A stretch of 54,341 nucleotides of DNA. Source: a virus. Taxonomy: Duplodnaviria > Caudoviricetes. The number at the start of each line of letters is the position of its first letter. Positions within the stretch are counted from its first letter, which is position 1. The stretch is from IMG/VR virus record IMGVR_UViG_3300021959_005230, positions 1-54,341 of that record. One strand, written 5' to 3'. Made by a program: the position numbers and the translations under genes. Below the pieces are notes generated by a model, which saw only the letters and a program-made list of their open reading frames with translations, had not been told where the DNA came from and did not search any database. Below are positions 9,138 to 19,183 of the stretch, piece after piece.

Positions 9138-11357
9138 TTACTTTTTCTTTTTACCAGCCTTCATGTTGGCTAACCAATGAGCCATTCTTTGCTTTTCGCC
9201 TGTGCTGTTCTTTGCTGTTTTACGCAAACTGCTTACACTTGCTTTGGTGTTTACACCGCTACGTTTTGCTAGGCCCTTGCGACCCGGCTTTTTACCGTCT
9301 TTAAAGTTTTCAGTTGCCATTAATCTGTCACCAACATCAGTGACTGTTAGATTAGTGTACTGTGTTAAGTTATCCCAAATCTTTCTACCGCTAGGTGTTT
9401 GATGTCCATCGCTGTATAGTTTTCCGTATTTCTTTACTAAGTAAGTATATACATCTGTGGACTTTACTGTGCCGTTTGATCTAACATTACCTACAGCAAC
9501 ACCGTCCTTGTATTTGTCAAATGCTATATAGAAAACTGGTTGATCTTTAGCATCTACTAAAAACATCAGCGAAAGGTTACCTTTTGAGAATGTTACTATA
9601 TCGTAAGACCCCAGCCTGCCTGCTTTAACTGGCATGCCAAATTTTGGTGCATGTTCCCGATAAAAGTAATCAATGCTATCTTGTTTGCCTTTGGAATCCA
9701 ATTTCATATCAGCAAAGTCTTTGGGACCTTCGTCTATTTGTACATAAGTACCATCTTTACTGTGATAGTATAACAGTTCTGCGGCGTCCGGGTGACCATA
9801 TGGTTTTTTATTAACTAATTCTATATAATTAGGATCTGTTAGTCCTTGTAAAACTACTTCTCCATCGTCATAGGCTTGATTATTGTAGGAAGTCGTAATG
9901 ATATATTGTTTGCCGTCTGTGGCTTTTATAACTACACCTTCATCTTGATCAACTTGTGCTTGGTCCTTCCATTCATCGTAGGCTCTTTGTGCTTCTTGTG
10001 GTGAGAAGTAAGGTGGATAACTTACACGTTTAGGCTCTGTTTTATTTATTGGAACTACTTCACCTTCGTTCTTTACACAATTAGGAACTGTTTTACCAAA
10101 CATCTTTTTGGTGCCTTTCTTCTTGTATCCTTTCCAGCAACGTGTACCCTCTGGTAATAATTTAAACAGTTTAGTACCACCTAAAACTTTAGCGGCTTTA
10201 AATTGGCTCATATCGTCAAACCCATCTGGCTGATCTTGATACATATCTCCTGCTTTGGCTAAAGGTATATCTTTTTTGCTTTTCTGGTCATAAGCAACGA
10301 CTCTTTTGGGATATCGGGCTGTTATACTGCTCCACATTGTTTTAGCACTAGGCGTTTGTGAAAAATCGGAATATATAGGGACACCTTTCCAGGCACTAAA
10401 AGCCAAATAAAATTTAATTGCTTTACCTTGTCCACGTATCTCTGGATCCATTCCAACACCAGCAACTCTATAACCGTCTTCAAATGGTTTGAGTTTTAAA
10501 AACCCTAGTACATTTTTTTCTTTGTTAGGTCCAGTTTGATTTGCTTTAGGATTGTGTAGCATTGTTTTTATAAACTTTTGCCATATGCTTTTTTGTCTTG
10601 GTGTTTCCCTGCTAGACACACTCATACTATTTGCATAAAACAAATACAAATCTCCATTAGGCATCTGTACTACTTCTGTTTCAGATTGTATATTTGGAAT
10701 CTTGCCTAAACTTTTACCTGGTCGGTAATCCATTTCAGGATCATAATCATATTTGGGTGGCTTTCTATTTGTAGCATTGTTGTATGCATCGTTGGCATCT
10801 GGGTCGTATGAGCCTGCTGGTCTAATTATAGGTGCTTCGTACACACTCTTTTTAGGTAGACGTTTTAAGTCCTTTTCACGTTGCTTTAAGTCTGCTTCTA
10901 TGCCTTTCATTAATGCACTTATGTCTTGTGACGCTTCGATAGTTTCCATTAAACTATCTACTTTAGACTTCATTTTTTCTTCGTATGTTGGTTCCTTTTC
11001 TGCTGTTTCACTAAAGTATTCAATAAGCTCTTCTATAGTTGCATCTACTTTTATTACTCTTACTTTTTTTAATTCTAAACCACATGCGACATCATACCTG
11101 TGATGTCCGTTTACAATATAATTATTTTTATCTATAACTATGGGTCTTATACTGCCATCTGCAAAGCCACTTTTTGCTTTATCATGATAGCCTTTTACTC
11201 GTTGACTTTGTACTGGCTTTAATTTGTTTAGACTAATTTTACCTTTTCTAAATTTAAAAGGAGAGTTTTGTAAATTACCTTTTCTGATCTGAGGCATAGT
11301 ATTTCTATCGAAATTCTTCTCTTGCTCAGGTCTATCTTGTAATTCAAACAGTTTCAT
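9138..11357 (-). CDS. Multidomain protein: ParB/Srx-like domain, two GNAT-like domains, short basic modules
   Basis: LKPVQ...RPIVIDKNNYIVNGHHRY (ParB/Srx); VGMDPEIRGQGKA...YSDFSQTPSAKTMW and a second LYSDGHQTPSGRKIW (GNAT-like); CWKGYKKKGTK...VPNCV module; Lys-rich C-terminus. Confidence 0.7.
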   Translation of the reverse strand: MKLFELQDRPEQEKNFDRNTMPQIRKGNLQNSPFKFRKGKISLNKLKPVQSQRVKGYHDKAKSGFADGSIRPIVIDKNNYIVNGHHRYDVACGLELKKVRVIKVDATIEELIEYFSETAEKEPTYEEKMKSKVDSLMETIEASQDISALMKGIEADLKQREKDLKRLPKKSVYEAPIIRPAGSYDPDANDAYNNATNRKPPKYDYDPEMDYRPGKSLGKIPNIQSETEVVQMPNGDLYLFYANSMSVSSRETPRQKSIWQKFIKTMLHNPKANQTGPNKEKNVLGFLKLKPFEDGYRVAGVGMDPEIRGQGKAIKFYLAFSAWKGVPIYSDFSQTPSAKTMWSSITARYPKRVVAYDQKSKKDIPLAKAGDMYQDQPDGFDDMSQFKAAKVLGGTKLFKLLPEGTRCWKGYKKKGTKKMFGKTVPNCVKNEGEVVPINKTEPKRVSYPPYFSPQEAQRAYDEWKDQAQVDQDEGVVIKATDGKQYIITTSYNNQAYDDGEVVLQGLTDPNYIELVNKKPYGHPDAAELLYYHSKDGTYVQIDEGPKDFADMKLDSKGKQDSIDYFYREHAPKFGMPVKAGRLGSYDIVTFSKGNLSLMFLVDAKDQPVFYIAFDKYKDGVAVGNVRSNGTVKSTDVYTYLVKKYGKLYSDGHQTPSGRKIWDNLTQYTNLTVTDVGDRLMATENFKDGKKPGRKGLAKRSGVNTKASVSSLRKTAKNSTGEKQRMAHWLANMKAGKKKK

Positions 11358-11359
11358 TT

Positions 11360-11983
11360 TTAATAAACGCCTTTACCGAAATCAAAACCTTTAGTTTTTT
11401 TCTTTTTCTTTTTCTTCTTTTTACCTGGTACCATACTGCCTAAAAATGCATATCCTCTTGCAGGACTAGGCGTGGAATCAGCGGAACCAGTGTCACCACT
11501 GCCTGCAGACCCGCCGCCTCCACTTGAATTTCCATGAGCGCCGCCACCTGAGCTATTGCCAGGTCCAGCACCGCCACCAACACCAGCACCTGCACCTGAG
11601 CCTGCACCGCCACCTGCTCCAGCACCACCGCCACCGCCGCCGGCACCACCGCCACCGCCTCCGCCTCCACCGCCACCGGCTTCAGCATTTAATGGTATTC
11701 TGTACATGATGTCTATAAATTCTTCTACTGCTTCTTTTTCTTCCCCTGTACCTCTATCAGTCAAAAATTCCGTATATATTTCTTCTTTTTTATACTTAAA
11801 TACTTTTTCCATATGGGTAAAAAGAGACAGCAACCCGCCTTGGTTATATGCGTTTACGGCTTTTTCCTCGTTACTCCAATCCTTTTCTGGTCTATATAAA
11901 GGTATTATAACTTTGGGCGGTGTACTAGGTATAGTTTGAGGTATACCTGGTAATGTGGGTTGATTTATTTCTCTTAATTTCAA
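11360..11983 (-). CDS. Gly-rich low-complexity protein with MKLREIN leader and poly-Lys tail
   Basis: Poly-Gly/Ala/Ser tract of about 70 aa and a KKKKKKKKK run; coupled to neighbouring genes. Confidence 0.7.
   Translation of the reverse strand: MKLREINQPTLPGIPQTIPSTPPKVIIPLYRPEKDWSNEEKAVNAYNQGGLLSLFTHMEKVFKYKKEEIYTEFLTDRGTGEEKEAVEEFIDIMYRIPLNAEAGGGGGGGGGGGAGGGGGGAGAGGGAGSGAGAGVGGGAGPGNSSGGGAHGNSSGGGGSAGSGDTGSADSTPSPARGYAFLGSMVPGKKKKKKKKKTKGFDFGKGVY
11500..11690. repeat. GC-rich (CCR/GCA)n low-complexity tract encoding poly-Gly
   Basis: ccgccaccgccgccggcaccaccgccaccgcc... within an otherwise AT-rich genome. Confidence 0.8.
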
Positions 11984-14900
11984 GATCTAACTCCTATTTG
12001 TGGGTAAGGATATATATTATTTGTACTGATAAAGTAAATTGTATTTACATTTAGGCTTAAATCCTGTACCTCTTCCTCTGTTCTTGCATAATGCATAGTC
12101 TTTGTTTTCTTATCCATAAATAAGATACCTTCAAGGTCCCCTTCACTTCTTTTAATATTTAGATAGTTCATAATATTATATTTACCATATACTTGTCTAA
12201 ATTCTGCATCGTTTCCTGCATCCATCAATTTTACTAGATAATTTATTTGTTTTGTATTTAGGCCTGTATTAGTTGCCTGTAATATACCTGCTGTACTGCG
12301 TAATGCTTTTTTCTTTCTTGCTGGATCATTTGTTAGTTTAGGATTCTGTAATAGGCTAATATGCATCGCACTATTTAATCCTGTTGCTGGCATATTAGCA
12401 ACCTCTTCTATATCAGCAAAGTCTAATTTAAATCCTTCCACTTTGCCTGACCAAGTTGCATCTGGTTGTACATGATAGTCCTTAAATCTGGCATCTTTGG
12501 CTGTTTTAGTTTTTAATTCTACATGGCTTCCATTAATAAGTAAGTCTCCTTTACCTTTACCTGAGCCAATACCTGTAATTTTAGAACTCAGTGTAGCAAG
12601 TAAAAACTCACCAGCACCTATACCCTGACCTATAACGTTGGATAAATCATCAATAAATTCAGTAACATACCCTTCCGTTCCATATCCTCTAAATACATCT
12701 GGGAAACTATATTTGCCACCTGATAAAATTTTATCAGTATCTACAAGTTCATCTTTCTTCCATTTAGCCAGTAATTGAGCACGTTCTAAATTTGTCATTT
12801 CTAAACTGGCAATCATTTTAGCAATCTTTAATTGATTCCTTTTGACTTCAGTATCATCTATGTCGTCCAAATTAGTCATGATACTTTTCAATCTACCACC
12901 TACGCCCATATCATCTAACAAACCATCTATATATTGAACAATTCTATCTGTTTGTGGATCGTCGTCAGGTAAGTTTTGTATCTTATCAACTACATCATCT
13001 TTACTCTCTACTAAATTTACTTGCTTTCTTATACTAGGGTCTAATTGTGATTTTATATAATTTCTTAAAACATTCCTTAAATCTGCTTTATCTCCGCCTT
13101 GTCCTCTTATTGCTCTAAAATCTGATAACATTTGTGGTACTGGTAAAGCCCAGTATGCCTCCATTTGTTTTCCAAGGTCTCCTGCAGGCATTGGCTCTGC
13201 AAGTAGTTTGTTAAGTAAATATGGTATGCTGTTGTCTGGTAATGCATCTACATTAACTTTTTCTAGTATAGTAGACTTATCTAATATAAGCAACTGCTCT
13301 TCTAACGTTAATTTATCAAACTTTTTAAATACACTTTCATTATTTAAATTACTTCTACGTGAGGCCGCTAGTGCATCTTGGAAACTATTAAATGGCTCAT
13401 CACCATATACAAAAGCCTTCTTGAATGTAGTTAAAACTGTTTGTTTAAAATCATAAGGATTGTCGTCATTAATTAAGAATGCTACCAAGTTGTTTACTTC
13501 GTCACGTGCTAAATAATTTTGCATACCATTCTGCATCATCACATCAAACATACCAAACTCACTTCTTGCTTTATCATATGAATTTTGATATGGTTTATCA
13601 TCTTGACCTTTTGGCAAATTATTTTTGTCTATATCTAATTTTACATCACCATCTAAAACTTTTTTCAATACTACCTCTAATGCTACTTTAAAACTACCGT
13701 ATCGGTCTTGCTTCATTACTTTTGCAACGATGTCTTTCATCTTTTCTGGATATAAACTCCAATCAAATGCATCGAATTGCTTTTGGTGTGCTCCGTCGCC
13801 ATTCATTGACCACATTGTTGCACTACTTCTGTTTAATGGCTCACCACTTTCTGGATTAGTTGTTATATCATCTGCTACAAGGTCGGATTGTCCTTTTACA
13901 CCTTTTCTGCTATCGCCTTTATGTGTAATTTCTATACCTATGTTTTTTAACATTCTGTAATGGTCACCGTCTAAATGTATAAACCTATCCTCGTCTTGTA
14001 AATCTTCAAATGTTACACTATAAAGACGCTCAAATGCCTGTTTTATTTTCTGATACCCTGATTTCCTCCAGGTGTGATAATAATTTTTTGCTTGTTCAAA
14101 AGTTTTTATTAATTCAAGTCCTGATGTAGCATCTTCGACATCACTCCAATGACTAGAAGGTATTGAATAAACTTTGCGTCCTTTATTTAACTCATCATTG
14201 AAATGTTCTAAATGATTTTCTAAATATGCCGCTCTGTCGTCGTAATTTTCGTCACTTATAGTTTCAAAAAATTCTTTATCCATATAAGCCCAACTATGCG
14301 ATGGAATATTAAATGTTGCTTTGGATTTTCCTCTTACATTTTTCTCAAAATCTTTATTTCTTTTATCTAACTGATTTTTATTTTTAATTTCTGTTTTTAA
14401 ATCTAGGAAACCTTCCTTTTGGAATATCTTATCAAATGCTGATAAAAATTGTTTAATTGCGGCAAATCTTTCTTTGAGTACTGCTCTTATTTCCATTTTT
14501 TTAAAATAGCGAGGTTGTCCTTCTTTTGCAGTATAATAATCACTTAGATTTATAGAACTAATTACTAGGTCATCATATGATTTAGGAAAGTTATATGTAT
14601 CGTCTTCAGGGTCTGACATTTTAGTTAGTTTATCTAAATCATCGTTCCATCGTCTTAATCTATCATTAGGCCCAGCACCTCGATATGCCAGTCCTAAAAA
14701 TTCTGCACCATCTTGATCATTGTCTTTTAAACCTAGTTCTGTTTCAAAATTTATTGGTTTTAATGCTGTTAAAAATTTATTACCTATAGATGATAGTTGC
14801 TTTACAATGTTTTGGTATTTGTCTTTGTCGTCTGTTTTTAAATCCTGCAAATGATCCATTCGGTCTCGCATTCGCTGTGTCATTCTCATCTGTGCAACAC

Positions 14901-17817
14901 TTTCATAACTGTCATCGCTTTTAATATTCACATGGTGTTGCGGACTTGTAGGATGTTTATAACCTTTATATGGCTCTAAAAATTTAATTAGTTCCTGTAC
15001 TGCATCTGGAGATGTAATTTTACCAGCAGTCATAACACCCTGAGAACCATAACTTCCATGTTTCATATATCTAGCAAATTCGTTTTCTTGTCTTACATTT
15101 TTTTGTATTGTTCTAATTGCATCTTCTATGTCTACTTTGTTCATTGTAGGCGAAACTTTACTTAATATTTCTGTATATTGTCCTTGCATACGATTATCTT
15201 TAGAGTCATCAGACATAAAGAATTGCCACGATTTTTTAAGTATTTCATCAACATTTGCTGGTGTTAAATATTCTTGCCCTTGTATAATACTTTGTTTAAA
15301 TAATAGGGTTATGCCTTTCGTTAACCTAACAATATTTTCTTTATCACTTCCATTAAAGTTGAAATCATTCATACTTCCTATTGCAAGTCGTTCTAATTCT
15401 TTAGTATCTAATTTTAATTCTTTTGTATACTTTCTGAATTCTGATACTGCTTTTGCATTTGGTGTGCTTCTTGCTTTACCATCAGCAAGATCTCTTGCTA
15501 GAATTGTTATTGCTGAAGAAAATCTTTCCTGTGCTTTTTTTAATTCACTTTGTGCTCTTTTGCTTGGTGCAATAGAATCTGGCTGTATGAAACCAGTTAC
15601 TGCTTCATCTTCTTCGGCTTCGCCCATCCAACTAGGATCTTTGCCAGTGCCTTTTTTATAATCTTTAATGCTTTGTTTCCATTCTTTGTCAGCATTTGGT
15701 TTTGACAGTTCGTTATGTGATTGTAAATAATCAACACTAGTACCTAATAATCTTATAACTTCAAAGTAATCTTTTTTACCTACAATTTCCTTTGCTTGGT
15801 CAATCACAGGATGATCAACTGTACCTTCATAATCTTTTAGTTTTTTAGGATCTACCTCCTGGGACTTACGCAACAATCTACTAACTGCTTTTACATAATC
15901 TTTTCTGTAAGCATCTTTATCATAACCTGCTTTCATCACAGTAGCATATCTCACAACTGCTTTTACAACCTTTTCATACATTGTTTGATAATCTGAGCCA
16001 CCGGCTATTCTAAACTCTATAAGTTCATTATTTGAGTCTCTGTCCTTGACATCCTTAAAGTGGATAGTATTAAATTTACCTGTATCTATTCCTTTTGATA
16101 ACATTCCCTCAAATTGCTCGAAACTCTTTGCGTCACCACGTTTCATACCTTCGGCATATTTTAATATATTATTATATTGGCTTTTTGTATAACTGTTTCT
16201 AAGTCTACCAAATTCTGCTAGTAAGTACGGGTCACCTAACAGTAATGCCATTTTTAATTTGTTAAGTTCTTGGCCTTCCCTTCTACCGTTCTCATCCACA
16301 GGAGCATCTGGTTCTCCTTGCCAACTCATTGTAACGTGAAGTCCTGTAGAATTGTTTGTACCAAAGTTACGTTCGCTCCAGTCAAACAAACTTTTCATTT
16401 CTTGTAGCATTTTTCTGGGACTATCAAATACCGGTGATATAAGTTCTGCACCAGTACCTTCATCAGGTTCGATACTGCTATCTCTCTCAACTGCCCAACC
16501 TGTAGTAGTATTAGTTTCTCCGTAATCTCCTGATTCCGGAAAGTCTGGGAATTCACTGTTATCTCTAATCCATGTCATTAATTCATCTGCCACACCTTCA
16601 ACATCGCCACCTCCACTAGAATATTCATAACCATAATCATCAAGGAAACTACTCATGTAACTGTAGTTGTCATAGACCCAATCGTCCATGCTGAAGTCAT
16701 CATCTGCGGCCTCTGTGGCTTCATCATCTAGATCATTTTCTTCAGTAACTTGACCTCTTAACCAGTCTATATATTCTTCTTCGTACTCTTCTTCAACAAA
16801 CTCTCTTACCCAATTTATATACTCCCAACCATCTTCTTCACGGTTTTCGTATTCTTTAGGATCTTCCTCTTCAAAATTGTCTTTGTATCTTTCTACTGCT
16901 TCTGAACTTGGACCACCACCACTATCAATAAAATCGTTTAGGTATTCTTCATCTTCTCTGACCTCATTTACTTTGTCAGTTATTAGATCATCAAGGTATT
17001 CGTCTTGTCCTTTTTGATATAACCAATCTCGATAATCTTCATATGCAGAATCTGGTAAATCACCAAATTGATATTCAATATCACCGATTGACATATCATC
17101 AACTTGTGAATTACCATCGCCATCTACACTAAAGAAAAAAGTTTCTGCTTCAAATCCACATTTTACAGGTGCATCAAAGGCCTGAGTTGCTATAGATCTG
17201 TGATTAAAGTTTATTTCAAATAAGTTTGGATTTGCTTCTTTTAGACGTTTTCTAGATAATTTTTTAATCTTGCCTTTAAGATCTTTTATCTTTAATTTTT
17301 TACCTTTTCTTTTGGCAATGTTAGAAAGTTTTCCGGCAAATAAGTCTTGTCCTGAAGAAAACCCTTTCTTTATTTTGTCCATATATGATGATGATGCATC
17401 AAGTTCTGGTTCTGGAACATCTATTAATTGATTTCCTTTTACCTGTTGTACTGCATCTACATCTTGATCTTTTGGTATCTCTTCTAGAGAACCATCTGCG
17501 TTTTTAGTAATAAGTGCTTCTGGTCTATTACCATCACCTACTATGGAAATTGCCTTTGCGGCTGTTCCAGTTTTTTTATTAACTACTACTGACCCAACAC
17601 TTACGTCTTTTGCTTTCATTTGAGTTATAGTATGTTTGGAATCTGGTGCGTTGCCGCCTTGTGAAGTCGTTTTTTCTTTAGATGCGTCTGAGCCTGCTAC
17701 CGATTTATTTGCTTTAGCATTACCGCCATGTCCGCCACCGCCTACAGTACTTCCTCCACCAGAGGCTCCGTATTCTTTTAATAAATGTTCTAAAGTTTTT
17801 ACTTCACTAAACTTCAT
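11980..17817 (-). CDS. Giant (1945 aa) protein with putative amidoligase (COOH-NH2 ligase type 2) domain and C-terminal PD-(D/E)XK-like domain
   Basis: CGFEAE, ERDSSI, GAELISP, TNNSTGLHVTMS and IEFRIAGG (amidoligase motif order); GIGAGEFLL...GKGDLLINGSHVELKT near the C-terminus. Confidence 0.75.
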   Translation of the reverse strand: MKFSEVKTLEHLLKEYGASGGGSTVGGGGHGGNAKANKSVAGSDASKEKTTSQGGNAPDSKHTITQMKAKDVSVGSVVVNKKTGTAAKAISIVGDGNRPEALITKNADGSLEEIPKDQDVDAVQQVKGNQLIDVPEPELDASSSYMDKIKKGFSSGQDLFAGKLSNIAKRKGKKLKIKDLKGKIKKLSRKRLKEANPNLFEINFNHRSIATQAFDAPVKCGFEAETFFFSVDGDGNSQVDDMSIGDIEYQFGDLPDSAYEDYRDWLYQKGQDEYLDDLITDKVNEVREDEEYLNDFIDSGGGPSSEAVERYKDNFEEEDPKEYENREEDGWEYINWVREFVEEEYEEEYIDWLRGQVTEENDLDDEATEAADDDFSMDDWVYDNYSYMSSFLDDYGYEYSSGGGDVEGVADELMTWIRDNSEFPDFPESGDYGETNTTTGWAVERDSSIEPDEGTGAELISPVFDSPRKMLQEMKSLFDWSERNFGTNNSTGLHVTMSWQGEPDAPVDENGRREGQELNKLKMALLLGDPYLLAEFGRLRNSYTKSQYNNILKYAEGMKRGDAKSFEQFEGMLSKGIDTGKFNTIHFKDVKDRDSNNELIEFRIAGGSDYQTMYEKVVKAVVRYATVMKAGYDKDAYRKDYVKAVSRLLRKSQEVDPKKLKDYEGTVDHPVIDQAKEIVGKKDYFEVIRLLGTSVDYLQSHNELSKPNADKEWKQSIKDYKKGTGKDPSWMGEAEEDEAVTGFIQPDSIAPSKRAQSELKKAQERFSSAITILARDLADGKARSTPNAKAVSEFRKYTKELKLDTKELERLAIGSMNDFNFNGSDKENIVRLTKGITLLFKQSIIQGQEYLTPANVDEILKKSWQFFMSDDSKDNRMQGQYTEILSKVSPTMNKVDIEDAIRTIQKNVRQENEFARYMKHGSYGSQGVMTAGKITSPDAVQELIKFLEPYKGYKHPTSPQHHVNIKSDDSYESVAQMRMTQRMRDRMDHLQDLKTDDKDKYQNIVKQLSSIGNKFLTALKPINFETELGLKDNDQDGAEFLGLAYRGAGPNDRLRRWNDDLDKLTKMSDPEDDTYNFPKSYDDLVISSINLSDYYTAKEGQPRYFKKMEIRAVLKERFAAIKQFLSAFDKIFQKEGFLDLKTEIKNKNQLDKRNKDFEKNVRGKSKATFNIPSHSWAYMDKEFFETISDENYDDRAAYLENHLEHFNDELNKGRKVYSIPSSHWSDVEDATSGLELIKTFEQAKNYYHTWRKSGYQKIKQAFERLYSVTFEDLQDEDRFIHLDGDHYRMLKNIGIEITHKGDSRKGVKGQSDLVADDITTNPESGEPLNRSSATMWSMNGDGAHQKQFDAFDWSLYPEKMKDIVAKVMKQDRYGSFKVALEVVLKKVLDGDVKLDIDKNNLPKGQDDKPYQNSYDKARSEFGMFDVMMQNGMQNYLARDEVNNLVAFLINDDNPYDFKQTVLTTFKKAFVYGDEPFNSFQDALAASRRSNLNNESVFKKFDKLTLEEQLLILDKSTILEKVNVDALPDNSIPYLLNKLLAEPMPAGDLGKQMEAYWALPVPQMLSDFRAIRGQGGDKADLRNVLRNYIKSQLDPSIRKQVNLVESKDDVVDKIQNLPDDDPQTDRIVQYIDGLLDDMGVGGRLKSIMTNLDDIDDTEVKRNQLKIAKMIASLEMTNLERAQLLAKWKKDELVDTDKILSGGKYSFPDVFRGYGTEGYVTEFIDDLSNVIGQGIGAGEFLLATLSSKITGIGSGKGKGDLLINGSHVELKTKTAKDARFKDYHVQPDATWSGKVEGFKLDFADIEEVANMPATGLNSAMHISLLQNPKLTNDPARKKKALRSTAGILQATNTGLNTKQINYLVKLMDAGNDAEFRQVYGKYNIMNYLNIKRSEGDLEGILFMDKKTKTMHYARTEEEVQDLSLNVNTIYFISTNNIYPYPQIGVRS

Positions 17818-18101
17818 TACCTTCTCTTATTAAGTGCCGCCACTCTCTTACTTTGGATATTATGTCTTTTTGTTCTTCTGGATTTTCTAGCCATTCTAGA
17901 ACCTAATCTTGCTTTCGTTTTTTTCATTGTTAGGCGTTTTTTAAAATCTATGGGTGCATTACACTGACTTGCTGTACTCACAACTCTGCCTTTGCGTCTA
18001 CCACTTGTACATCTGATAGCACGTTTAATTGAATTACCCATTTTACGCCAAACCATTCTGGCTTCTATAATAGGCCCATCTGTAAATTCTGCTAGTCTCA
18101 T
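17817..18101 (-). CDS. Highly basic small protein (likely start MRLAEF at 18101)
   Basis: ATGA overlap with the upstream stop; very Arg/Lys-rich after IIE. Confidence 0.7.
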   Translation of the reverse strand: MRLAEFTDGPIIEARMVWRKMGNSIKRAIRCTSGRRKGRVVSTASQCNAPIDFKKRLTMKKTKARLGSRMARKSRRTKRHNIQSKRVAALNKRR

Positions 18102-18337
18102 AGTATTTTCATTAACAAACCAACTACAGTTGTAATTAATGTTGTAAATGTTAATCCAACAATAGCAATAATCCAACTTTCTAATTTGTTTAATCTTTCT
18201 TTTGTAATTTCTTTAAATTCTCTTAGCTCTGACGATATTGATTCTATACGAAGCATGTCTGCTATAATATGTGCTTCAATATTACCGCTTTCAACATAAG
18301 GTTTAGGCGTTAGTGCTGGTTCGTTTTTCTTAGGCAT
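18098..18337 (-). CDS. Small coiled-coil protein with C-terminal transmembrane helix
   Basis: ERLNKLESWIIAIVGLTFTTLITTVVGLLM. Confidence 0.65.
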   Translation of the reverse strand: MPKKNEPALTPKPYVESGNIEAHIIADMLRIESISSELREFKEITKERLNKLESWIIAIVGLTFTTLITTVVGLLMKIL

Positions 18338-18345
18338 GTTTTACT

Positions 18346-18753
18346 CTATAATAAGTCTTGTTTACTAAATTCCATATTTACTGAACTTTTTGTGTTTATT
18401 GTTCCACCATTCAGTACTATTCCATCTAATTCATCTTTTAACGTATCTATTGTGTGTACCCCTTCTCTCTCAAAAGCAAATTTAAAAATCCAACCTGCTC
18501 CTGTAATACTTGGTGCGCCATAGTTTTCAATTAATTGGGCACCTGTACCATCTAATGCTACTGGATTATTCATTACAACTGGTTGTGCTCTTAGCCCTAT
18601 AACCTGTACTACACTTTCAAAATCTTTTTGCGTTGCATCACTGTAATCACCTGTCCTTGTGATATCTAATGATGTGAACAAAGTATAATATTCTATATTA
18701 CTTGATAGTACTTCACTACTACCCATTGCTCCGCTTCTTTGTCCTGTAACCAT
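18346..18753 (-). CDS. Hypothetical late (probably structural) protein
   Basis: Own late promoter (18785-18792) and GGAGA SD. Confidence 0.6.
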   Translation of the reverse strand: MVTGQRSGAMGSSEVLSSNIEYYTLFTSLDITRTGDYSDATQKDFESVVQVIGLRAQPVVMNNPVALDGTGAQLIENYGAPSITGAGWIFKFAFEREGVHTIDTLKDELDGIVLNGGTINTKSSVNMEFSKQDLL

Positions 18754-18828
18754 ATCATCTCCAATATTGTGTATCTGTGTCGACTATTTATCGTCTTTGC
18801 AAAATTATTATCCAGAAATTGTACTCAT

Positions 18829-18858
18829 AAAAAAAGGCAGTATAAACTGCCTTCTTTT
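18829..18858 (-). terminator. Intrinsic terminator
   Basis: GGCAGT-ATAA-ACTGCC hairpin flanked by A/T runs, downstream of 18872..19120. Confidence 0.75.
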
Positions 18859-18871
18859 GTAAAACTAAGTC

Positions 18872-19120
18872 TTAACCAAATGTTACTACTAATGTTGCAC
18901 CTGTGAATGAAGGTGTTGCGCCTGCGCCTTGTACTGCAATGTGACATCCGTCATTTGCTACGTCATCTTCAACTGCTACAACTGTAAAGCCTTCTGCTTG
19001 TGCTTCTGTACAAACTGCTTTCACTGAGTTTACAGATACGTCTGTTACTGTCATAATGTGAGTAGTTCCTACTAGTCCGTTTGCCGCTCTTACGTCAGCA
19101 TTTGGGTTTGTTTGTGCCAT
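18872..19120 (-). CDS. Small late protein (candidate capsid decoration protein)
   Basis: MAQTNPN; Ala/Val/Thr-rich; own late promoter, AGGAGA SD and terminator. Confidence 0.6.
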   Translation of the reverse strand: MAQTNPNADVRAANGLVGTTHIMTVTDVSVNSVKAVCTEAQAEGFTVVAVEDDVANDGCHIAVQGAGATPSFTGATLVVTFG

Positions 19121-19183
19121 GTTATTCTCCTAATAAATTATGGAGTTTTTTAACTCCGTTACACTTATTTATCATTTTTAATC

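Noticed and set aside
11440-11939. Pro-rich (127 aa), His-rich (61 aa) and Ala/Val-rich (82 aa) ORFs
   Set aside because: Alternative-frame or antisense readings of the poly-Gly tract; no promoter or SD, while the minus-strand gene fits the operon.
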